Shown here: piece by piece, positions 1 to 10,414 of the stretch
Layout of the letters: each line of letters begins with the position of its first letter
Numbering within the stretch: the stretch's first letter is position 1
NCBI RefSeq assembly: GCF_018977255.1
Contig: NW_024704873.1
Span: 62,001-126,000, forward strand
Length of the DNA stretch: 64,000 nucleotides
Reading direction: 5' to 3'
Source: Callorhinchus milii
Taxonomy: Eukaryota
Translations under genes and position numbers: made by a program
The notes under the pieces: generated by a model
What the model was told of the DNA's origin: nothing
Databases searched by the model: none
What the model saw: only the letters and a program-made list of their open reading frames with translations

Positions 1-379
1 ATGAAGCTAGTGCGGAGTCTGTACCATATGTTATAAAGGGGCCCTAAATAAAATAAAAAACGTAAATATTAAAAACATTATATTTTTTACTTGCATAGCA
101 AAGTAATTTGATTTTTTCATTTGCTATACGGCCAGATAATACGACAAAGTCGCTAACTTTAAACACCCAGTCGTTCATAAAAGTTGAAGGCCGTATAGTA
201 CTACAGTAATAGAGCAAGTGCAGAATCACTGAACCGGAATTGATAGCTTGAAAGCATTTAGCGCAGCGCCATTGAATGTGCGGGGCCCTAGCATACGATA
301 TTTTTGCTACGAGGATAATCCCGCACTGAGTCTCACCAATGTCAGACCAGAGAACGCCAAGAGGCGAACAGTTCAACAT

Positions 380-550
380 ACATGCATGCCCACAATACAG
401 TGGCAGCCAAAGGCGGAAAGACACCCAAGAGCACTACCGCTGATATAGGACAACAAGATCAGCTGATGCACAGGAGGGGCAAGATGGATTGTGGCCATCG
501 CCGAACCATGATCTATCCAGAAGTGGATAGATCATGACTGCAGACGACGA
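380..550 (+). mobile_element. Decayed 3' end of an RTE-clade LINE
   Basis: Translates to IQWQPKAERHPRALPL..DNKI..G.RW, resembling the RTE C-terminal W.P..KR.RGRP..W motif; ends in a short (GAC)n tail. Confidence 0.3.
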
Positions 551-841
551 TACATTTTTATCCTCAGCATGGAGCATAATAGGTTGCAGAGAAGATGCAT
601 TTTCATCACAGACAGGAAGTTTCCAAAAATAAATGTACCCCCCCCCCCCACCTTGTGGTCAAAATGACTGCATCCACCAATTGTGGGTTTGGCCAGGGGA
701 CATTGCGTATGCCTGTCGCCCCAGGGTCCCTGAAATATATGCTTCCTTCGTCTCTCTGTGGTGCACGTGATTTTGGCAGAGGTGAATGCCCCAAGAGGGC
801 AATCAGCTGACTAATTTATAATCAGCCTCTCCCCCAAAGGC

Positions 842-1124
842 ACAACAACAATGATTCACCCGTATAGCCTGAACAGACTTTTGGGGCAAATGCTGTTAGC
901 GAGCACCTATGAAGGCCGGCACGGTACACGAGGGGGTAGGTGGCCAGCACCATGCCCGGCCACCTTTGTCTCTCCAGTGGCGATGTTTAAACACCGCACT
1001 AGTTACTCATCTTAGGCTGAGTCGACCTAGGGAAGACCTAGGACCGGTTCAGATTAAACGTCACTGATGTTGATCGTGAGCGGGTTCGTAGCACAGCGCA
1101 CTAACCGCTATACTACTGCTCCCC
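842..1124 (-). mobile_element. tRNA-derived SINE (family B of this window)
   Basis: Minus strand starts GGGGAGCAGTAGTATAGCGGTTAGTGCGCTGTGCTACGAACCCG (tRNA-like head). Body aligns by eye with 13745-14027, 46650-46820 and 57210-57503. (TTG)n-like tail. Confidence 0.65.
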
Positions 1125-3329
1125 AATGGCACACACATAGATTCACGTGCATACATTACAATTATACACTTCAGTGCCCTTAAACATAAGGCTGCATGTT
1201 GTTAGTGCTGCAGCGATACAGAGTACTGCATACGAATGCATTTATCTTTAATAACATGCTCGTTTAAGTGTTAAATTGCATAAACCTTTTCAATAGACTG
1301 ACTTACATTGCTGATAAATGCTCTAAGCAACAGTGATTCAAACATATAAACTTATTTGAATCTTACCTTTAAATTATACGCAATTATTTTTACACTTTTT
1401 TCACGTTTGTAAATAGTATCGCATACCAAAGTAAAATGTTATTTCCTTGTCGATGGCACAGGTTTAAATTACCCATGAAAGTGCCAATGACCTATGTCAG
1501 CATTATGAGCTCGAGAGCCAAAGGCTTTGTTAAAATAGGGGTGAAACGCATTTCCAGGATGAAATGCCACTTCAACAAAATTGTCAAAAACGTAAAATGT
1601 CCATGACTACGATGAAACGGCACGTGTGTTTAGACAGGGGTGACACTGAACCACCTTGCACACGTTTTCATCGAGTTCGCTGCTGGTAAACCATCCCGTG
1701 CAGGCGATTCTCGGAAAGATTGCATCTACGTATGTCGGCCGTGTTACTCGGTTAGTGCGCAAACCAAAAAGCCCAGTGGAACCCAGCTCAGTGCCCCGAG
1801 TTAGGACCACAATGCCGTTGTTTTCTTCCTGGAATGAGACGAAAAATCAGTTATTCGGTCATGCAGATATGGACTTAAATTCGTTACTGAAAAAAAAAAC
1901 GTCTGCGTAACCCAAGTGATAAGTGATAACATTAATTGCATCTATCATAATTAAATGGTGGTTGAGATACTCTCTACATTTATGTACATCGCTCAAAATA
2001 TCAGCAAGCCCCAGATATACTTTAGTTTTATCGACCGAACATTGACACAGAAAGTGGATAACTATGCAACATTAGTCATGAACTCACGTGTTAACCTTAC
2101 TCTATCGATAAAAAAAAATCACAAAGAAATCCGAGGCCCAAAAATTCACTTCACAGCCAGCAAAATGACCACCCACGTGATGGCAACGAATATTTTCAAC
2201 TCCAGTTGATTCAACCGATGCATTTTTTTCTTAACAGACATGGACGATGAAAAATATTTTGTCTAATTCACATATCAATTGGCACCCGATACAGGTGATA
2301 TGCATTTGTTTACAAATGATTATCTAGCGGTGAAAGCTGGGCAATGAGGGTAGGGGAGGCCTTGGGATTGTAGCTACTTTGCCATGGGCGCCTTCTCAAC
2401 GCGTCGACTTGAAGGCGCACGCACGGCGCGTTGCTCAGCTGAAAAACAACTACATTTCTCCGACGATAGAGCGTTTCAGAAAACGGTTCTTTAATCGTCA
2501 GTGATGCAGAGAAATCACGTGAATAAGTGGAATCTGCAATAACAGTAATGATAATGGTGAACAGAGGTCCACAATTTCTTATGCTTCCTCATTAGCCTTC
2601 CGCGTTTGTGCGTTTTGGTTTTACGTAATGCACACAACGACATATGCTACCATTTATGAAAATATTTTATTTTATAAGGCTCTTTTACACCTGCATTTCA
2701 TCTCTGCGTGGCATCTATGTCTAGTCGGTGTAATTATACAACAAAGCCAAAATGCAAGGCACAGCATTTTACAATTCCAATGTCTGAGATAACTTTCTGA
2801 CTCCATTGGAGGTCTTGTAAGAATGAATTAAGATTAAATGGCTTGGATGAAAAGTCCAAATGGATCACCCGGCAAGAATAAAAAAAAATCCACAATGTGT
2901 TGTAAGTGTCCGTGTGTGGTGCTAATCAATTCAGCACTAGCCTGTTCGAAAAAAAATGTAGGTGTGTGTGTGTGTTTTTATTCATCTTATAAAAGTTCTA
3001 ATTGTTCCAGGTTGTACTTTTCTTCTGCTAAAGGGGAAATAAAAGTTCTAGTGGCCACTGGAATAATAATATTTTTAGCACACCCCAACTCTCAAATATT
3101 ATTGCTGTGCCTATCCAACATTAATAAACGATTGAAGTCTGACGTCTTAATACGCCTGGAATGTCCTTGTAAATGTTAAAACAACATCTTAACTGGCTCG
3201 AATAATCATTTAATAATGATGTATTATTCAGCCTAGTCTTCTTCAAAAGGTTTTTTTTACACTTCATGAAATCTACAAGAGGGCGACATCACACTCAACG
3301 CCTTTGAAGTTGCCACATATCACCATCAC

Positions 3330-3760
3330 TTCCTTCCTTCTGCCAAATCCTATAAAATGTTCACAGTCCACATCCAATCACAAAGGTACGCTCTCACAGT
3401 ACCCCCCCCCCCCCTCTCCACCATCTGGCTTTCGGTCTCCTTCGCAAAAAACGCCGAATTCTGGGTGCCACATCAATAAACGTTCCGGAAACTTACTCAT
3501 CACCTTATGCCGCATGTCTTCCATGCTCATCGCAACCTAATTTGTCCGAGCAACGGCCAAACTTGCTTCTTGAAGAATGTGTCCTTATGTTGCGTATTTA
3601 TATGAAACTCTGTAAGTCTCGATTTCCCTGCAATGGGATCAATCATCAGGTAATTTGCATCAACCATTCGGTCAAGTTGTGCATCTTGCCCTTCGGCAAC
3701 AATACATTTCATCTGCATTCTGCTCCAAATTTACAATCTGCTTACCCTGCCTTGCTGCGT
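3330..3760 (-). mobile_element. Decayed RTE-like LINE 3' fragment
   Basis: Frameshifted minus-strand peptides QIRLR*HG.. / PERLLMWHPEFG.. / RRRPK match the RTE ORF C-terminal pattern. Confidence 0.35.
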
Positions 3761-5982
3761 CATTATTAGCACGTGATGAGGTACTTCAGCCCATTTAACA
3801 TTTACAAGTTGTGAACTGCTGACAGATGCTTGTTATGGCAGAACATCAAGTCATTCCAAATAATAACAGAAACTTCTACAAAACCATGCTACGGTGGGCC
3901 TAATAACTAAAAAACATGACCTGTGGTTTTGCTCAAATAGTCTTACTATGAATTTGAAGAGATGTTACCAGCAATTATTTTACATTTTAAACATTGGTTA
4001 AGCTTCATTAAAACATCATCCTTACAATTGTAAGAATGAAATGAATATAATTATAGCAATAGTAAGACGATATTATTAAAATGTCTTCCATTTTACGGGG
4101 AAGTCAACAGGGGCTGTGTTACGGATATAATCACCCCCATCATAGGAACATGGAATTTCTACCGCTGGCTGAGGCCTGCAAGTGGGAAATGACTTTTGTA
4201 TGGTGAGGCTGGGGGGTAAAGCAGGTCGGAGTGTTTTTGTAAAATAGAATTTGATCATATAAAGCAATGCGCCTCAAAAGTATATTTTCAATCAGTGCAT
4301 ATTACCTGCTATTACATGGATTGGAAACATCATGACTGACAAAGATAATGGAACATGAGCTGCAAAGTGTCCAAAGCATTGAGATATGCATGTTGAGGAT
4401 TATAATGAGAGAAAGGGGAACATGTGAAATACAAAATAAATATAAATTAGAAATGTGACATTGACTAATAATGAAAGTAAGTGGGCTTGTGGAGATTAGC
4501 AGTGGCATTGCAACACCAGGGAGGATAGAATACGGCTTGGAGAGGTGATGTCATTCTAAACTGGGGTAATTATTTGTAGTTTTAAAATAATTACAAAGGA
4601 AGTAAAATGTACTTTTAAAAATATATTTTGTAACAATGAACTGCGCACTAGCAATTCAAAGTGGGTTTCATCTCATTATGGGTGCTTTCAGCCCTCAGCT
4701 TGTAATGTAAAACTTAAAACGGTGCTCATTTTAATAATCATGGCGAAAAGAAGGCCTGATTCAAGCCATTACTAAAACTTGACCACACCATTTCCAATTT
4801 TCCTATGCAGGCTTCATAAACCTGCCCTCGTATTTAGTCTACTTTTATATTAATCAGCAACCTGTACAACGGCTTTTACAATCGCTGGCGCTTGTACCCC
4901 ACGTGGATTCTAAACCCCAAGTAGCAAAGTGTTATGCTTTATATATTGGCATGCTCTCTTTCATAAATAGCAACGGACTGCGCATTCGCAGTAAATGGAG
5001 AAACATCATCATTATCAACCATGGTCAATCTGATGCGTGATGAAGTCCTCCCTAATCTACCACCATCCCAAGGAAAGCTGTACTGCCTTCCCTGAATATA
5101 CGGTACAGCTATTATTGCAAACACTGCGAGGACATGAACGTAATGCAGATGAGGTGCGGAACTACCTCAATGTAACAGGTTAAATGGAAAGACAGTAATG
5201 GATTCGCAGATATGTAACAAACTTACGAAGGAAATTTAAAATATTCGCCAAGGTCGAGTTTAAAGTTGATCATCAATAGAGCTCAGTAATCAGCACAATG
5301 TCGTGTCTTTCCAGCAAGAAATATTTTGCTTGGATGATGAGTATTCAGTCGAACAATGTCAGAGTGTTTTAGCTTGTGTCTGATTAGACTTTATTGCTTG
5401 ACTCATACAGGGGGACAAGCCCTGCCACAATGTACTGATTTAATTTAATACCTTAAGTCAGGCGCGTGGAAACTTCAGACTGCATGCATTTGTAAATGAT
5501 GGCTTCCTGTATAATCTGTAAGTGAATGGTGCAACATGGTTCATGGAAGAATATGAATATAGTGCATACAGAACTTCGAAACTTGGAGTGCATACTCATT
5601 CAATGTCATTTAGTCGTAAAGAATGTGGCAGCATGTGGCCTGGCCAGCCGAGTGGAACCGTCATTGGCCGACGAGTATCGACCCGTTTCCAGCCAGGCCA
5701 AGATTGAACAAAATTTAATATGGCATTGGCACTTTCACTGGGACTGCCACTGAGACCATTGGGATCACTAGACAACAATTCTCACCACCAGCTCTACCCC
5801 TAGGGTTGCCTCCTGTCTGGGCTTGAGCCAGACGGTCAAATAGTTGGTTATCTGTGTTTGGGTGGTTGGAATTCATTTGTTTCGAGATCTGGTACTGGTA
5901 TTATGTTGAACATTATGACGGTTATTCTTTGGTTTTTTCGGTAAAGTCACGTATAAAAATAAAATAATAAATTAAATAATAG

Positions 5983-6024
5983 CATACGACTTTTCGATTG
6001 CAACACAAGCAATCATCAGGTATA
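5983..6024 (-). ncRNA. Degenerate hammerhead copy in the inverted arm
   Basis: Minus strand TATAC-CTGAT-GATTGC-TTGTGTT-GCAATC-GAAAA-GTC-GTATG: 3 nt missing from the core and GAAAC>GAAAA relative to 6629-6673. Confidence 0.55.
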
Positions 6025-6628
6025 AGAATAATTCCTGCAGTCACGAAAGCTCCAAAATTAAGATTGAACCACTTCTACGGGGAAGTTCCAAGTTTACCTT
6101 TTTCTCTCTCTCTGGGTTTTTTGTTCTCTCTCTCTGCCTGTATATTTAGTGTAATTTTCTCTGTCTACACTCGTTTTGTATCGTTCTTAGGTTCTGCTCT
6201 GTCTGTGTGTCTCCGTTCCTCTTGTTTTTTATGTTTTGTCTTTCTTTGGAATTTCACACTTAAATTCTAACTTAGCAATCTTTGAAATACGTAATCGACC
6301 AGGCAATGCGTTAATTGTGTGTTGACCGACTCTCTGTGTCGTTTTACATAACATTTCGATACTTTGCTAGGTTATTTAATTTAGTGTGTTCTGTCTCCCT
6401 CTAAGCCTGCTTACCTTACTCCCCTCCCTTCGTACTCATTGACATGTAAATGTTTTCCCTACCCCCTCCCTCTCTCTGCCTCCGCCCCCTCTGTCTATTT
6501 AAGGCCACCCCACAGAGACGATCACCTCTCTCTGTACCTGGGTTGCTCTCTCTATGTATCTTGGTGATATCTGTCTGCTTATATGTCTGTCTATAGTTTT
6601 CTGGTTATATTCTATGTCGCTATTTCAT

Positions 6629-6673
6629 TATACCTGATGATGATTGCTTGTGTTGCAATCGAAACGTCGTATG
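6629..6673 (+). ncRNA. Minimal type-I hammerhead ribozyme (PLE-type, palindromic helix III)
   Basis: TATAC-CTGATGA-T-GATTGC-TTGTGTT-GCAATC-GAAAC-GTC-GTATG: intact CUGAUGA/GAAA core, 6-bp stem II, stem I TATAC/GTATG, loop-less ACGT helix III. Predicted cleavage after C6668. Confidence 0.8.
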
Positions 6674-8634
6674 CTATTATTTAATTTATTATTTTTTCTT
6701 TATACGTGACTTTACCGAAAAAACCAAAGAATAATTCCTGCAGTCACGAAAGCTCCAAAATTAAGATTATGACGGTTGTAACTCCACCGTTTGGACAGAT
6801 CTCGGCTGACGAATACATGTTCTGGGAAGAGACCGGCAACCCTAACTACCACTCAGATCAATGGGCCTAGAGGGACTACTTACGGAACAACCAAAACTAC
6901 CAACAGGACCACTATATTGGTTGTGTGACATCATTATGTGATGTGTGCTGTGTGTGTAACTTGCATGTTATTTGTCATCATCCTCTTCATTGTCATATGT
7001 TTTGGTTTTTTCACCATAGTCAGTACGGTAGTTCTAATGGTCCCGATAGTCTTAAGTGATAAGAAGGGTCGTGCAGGCATCAGTGGCAGTGGTGCTGGTG
7101 GTCTCGGTGATAGATCTGGTGGTTCAGGTATTCCAAGTGGTAGTCTGGGAGGTCTCAGTGGTGGTCAGTGATCGGCTCTGATACCAGCTGACCAATATAA
7201 ATCAGAAACGCCATTGAATAATGTATGGCTGACACCTAGTGCATGGAATTGGCGCAATTCTACCTTGAATCCAGTCTGTGTGCTGCTATAATGTGCCATT
7301 TGGGAAAGTGCACTCCAGCTAGTGGTCTCATTAACCCATATGTGCAGACATTAACGTTGTCATTACCTTATATGTGTTAGTTTCTCCCGATCATATTTTG
7401 GACATTTTTTAATTTGTTTATTCATTTTTTATTTTGCTTGGTTGTGAGGTTTTCACTTGCTCGGTATTTGTGTGTTGGGTTTCTTTAAAGCCGTGTGTAG
7501 CCAACCGCGTATATGGGATTTGATCCTGATATATACTTAATTAACAGCTTTGTGGAATTCGGTTGGCATGAATACTAATATATAAACACCCAGCTCTGTC
7601 ATTCTGTGACTCTGTGATTCTGTGATTAACGCGGCATGGATTGGTTGAAGTGCGTCACGTGACCGCAAGCAAGAGACGGGTGAGTAACTTACAGTATCAC
7701 CTTCTTCTTTTGCATCTCCACTGCATCTGGCCATAACGAAAGGATGCTCTGAATTTGGGGTGGCATGGGGGGAATATGGGTCAAAAAGGTAGCACACAAA
7801 TAAAGCACAATATCTTGGCATGCCCTCTCAGCGTTCGCTAAGCAGGTCACGACCACACAAAGTTATTGACAAAATTCAAGCCAAGGCAGAATAATGGCCC
7901 AAACACTTGGACCGGATGCAACAGTTGTGAAATATGACAGTTAAAGGAAGTGATGGTGTGGTGTTTTGAGTAACATCATCTGTGAACGAGTGTTCACCAT
8001 AACACAATTTATGGAAATTACAATATTTCCTATATGTATCTTGACGAAACTTTCAGGGGCTTCATGGTTATCTGGTTTGCACACAGCTTGGCACGCCAAA
8101 GAATTGGCATTCGTGGCAATAAAAATGGCAAATGCATACCGCCTTCCTTTAAATGAAGCCCAAGGTTACATTTATTCGTGGAAAAACCTTTCATTCCATA
8201 AGACCTAGGATTAATGTCACGACATCCAATTACACCACTGTCATGACATGATGAGAAAAGGGGATTTGTTTACACACAGATCATGATTCATTACAATGTA
8301 AATTAGGTTAATGTTGACTGTGCCAGGATGGCCTTTAATTGTAATAATTATTCATGTTTCCTGTGCGCAAATTAGTCTCTTGAAGACTGTGAATTTGTGC
8401 ATGGCTTGGGGGGGCTTGGGTTTAAAATATCGTCCCTGATAAGCTGCACAGTGAAAAGGATTTTCAGGCTCACTAAGGCACACCAATGCATTAATGAACC
8501 TGTCCTCATTATTAATTGTAAATGAGACAACAATGCACACATTCCCAGCAGCCCCACAGAGTCCATACTCAAGACCTCGCTCAAAGTGATTCCTGCCGCT
8601 CCAATGAACATCGAGGCAGCGCTCAACCCCCATT

Positions 8635-8850
8635 TTACAGCCCTGAGCCAGTGGTGGAAATTCCCCATTCCCATTGCGGGTGAGAAGCTGTCCGCGAGAC
8701 AAAGACGCTTTGACTTCCCTACAAAATGGTCCCAATTTTATCGACCCCTAGAAGGATGATGGGCTGAGTGAACCCCGACAAACAAGAGTTGAACTCGCCG
8801 ACCTCTGATTGCGAGCCGCTCGCTCTACCACTGAGCCAGTTGGCTGGATC
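8635..8850 (-). mobile_element. tRNA-derived SINE (family A)
   Basis: Minus strand GCTCAGTGGTAGAGCGAGCGGCTCGCAATCAGAGGTCGGCGAGTTCAACTC (A/B boxes), then TCACTCAGCCCATCATCCTTCTAGGGGTCGATAAA. Related copies at ~4095-4175, 14455-14625 and 43900-44115. Confidence 0.65.
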
Positions 8851-9741
8851 CACCTCTGACTGGCGACTTTTCCTGTCGCGTTCCTGCCGCGACCTCCTGA
8901 CTCTTCCTCTACCATCAACCCAGCTGCTCCCAGCACGATTCTCGAACTTTTTCAGATCATCTCGAGATGCGATGTCGTTTAAAACTCTCAATGCATCGAA
9001 ATATGTTGTGCGTAGTCGAACGAGCAGTTCTCAACCATCTTATATGTGAATGTGAGGGCCAGACAATTCTTTGTGTTTTATATATATACCCAAAAATTCG
9101 CAGATAAGATGGATGTAGGACATTCTTCCTGGCCATAATGCTACAGACACAATGCCGTATCTGCTGTGCGGATTAGCGTTGCCAGATTTTCTGTTATGAC
9201 TCACGCCCCACATCGTTGGCGTGATCGACCCAGGGCAAGTATCCATCCATACGAAAACATTTAAGGTGAGGACTGCCTTTGTCAGTGCGCAGGCACAGAA
9301 TAGCCAAGACATGATCATGTCAATTCATCGCATATGACTTGCATTCATCTGTGAGCAAGAAAAAAGACGAGCGCAAAATACTTACAGCAGCGTTGCTCAC
9401 CGGCAAGCTGCTCCTGGGATTGCACTCTGGCGTTATTGCTAAACAGTGGTATCCTCGTGTTAACTCTAACCGTGCGCAAACGCTGTTGTGGCGTGTGCAC
9501 ATGCAAATTCGCATGAAGTAAACGATGGAAAAGTTCATGACGACCTCACTTGTAGGAAATTGATGTCAAGGGGAATGGACCGCGACATCGTCTGGTGGTG
9601 ACCGTCACCTGAGATCTGCGCGATGAAGCAGAATGCCATGGAGAGGAGCAGATGTTAGGAAGTTGTGAGGTGGAGCTTATGGAGCAAGGAGGAGATAGGT
9701 TGGTGCTGAAAGTGTAAAGAGAGAGACTCAAGTGATATATA

Positions 9742-10414
9742 AGGGCAGGTGAAGAGGGCAGGTGAAGAGGACAGGTGAAGAGGGCAGGTGAAGAGGGCAG
9801 GTGAAGAGGGCAGGTGAAGAGGGCAGGTGAAGAGGGCAGGTGAAGAGGGCAGGTGAAGAGGGCAGGTGAAGAGGGCAGGTGAAGAGGGCAGGTGAAGAGG
9901 GCAGGTGAAGAGGGCAGGTGAAGAGGGCAGGTGAAGAGGGCAGGTGAAGAGGGCAGGTGAAGAGGGCAGGTGAAGAGGGCAGGTGAAGAGGGCAGGTGAA
10001 GAGGACAGGTGAAGAGGGCAGGTGAAGAGGGCAGGTGAAGAGGGCAGGTGAAGAGGGCAGGTGAAGAGGGCAGGTGAAGAGGGCAGGTGAAGAGGGCAGG
10101 TGAAGAGGGCAGGTGAAGAGGGCAGGTGAAGAGGGCAGGTGAAGAGGGCAGTGAAGAGGACAGGTGAAGAGGGCAGGTGAAGAGGGCAGGTGAAGAGGGC
10201 AGGTGAAGAGGGCAGGTGAAGAGGGCAGGTGAAGAGGGCAGGTGAAGAGGGCAGGTGAAGAGGGCAGGTGAAGAGGGCAGGTGAAGAGGGCAGGTGAAGA
10301 GGACAGGTGAAGAGGGCAGGTGAAGAGGGCAGGTGAAGAGGGCAGGTGAAGAGGGCAGGTGAAGAGGGCAGGTGAAGAGGGCAGGTGAAGAGGGCAGGTG
10401 AAGAGGGCAGGTGA
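9742..10414 (+). repeat. 13-bp minisatellite (AGGGCAGGTGAAG)n, ~52 units
   Basis: Near-perfect tandem array with four GGACAGG variants and one 12-nt unit near 10150. Accounts for the spurious PLHLPSSPALFTC ORFs. Confidence 0.97.

Larger units (their letters stand above)
5924..6765 (+). mobile_element. Non-autonomous Penelope-like / retrozyme-like element with hammerhead ribozyme
   Basis: Exact 12-bp TSD ATTATGACGGTT (5912-5923; 6766-6777). 5924-6025 is an inverted copy of ~6626-6733. Tail AAGAATAATTCCTGCAGTCACGAAAGCTCCAAAATTAAGATT occurs at ~6024 and ~6727. HHR at 6629-6673. No meaningful ORF. Confidence 0.75.
5801..6844. mobile_element. Small hAT-type MITE (~200 bp) interrupted by the PLE-type insertion
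   Basis: Terminal inverted repeats (TIRs) TAGGGTTGCC (5801) and GGCAACCCTA (ends 6844); flanking 8-mers TCTACCCC / ACTACCAC match 6/8. Confidence 0.45.

Noticed and set aside
6938-7171. Small membrane protein with Gly/Ser tail
   Set aside because: Low-complexity TG- and GGT-rich sequence, non-ATG start, no splice or homology support.
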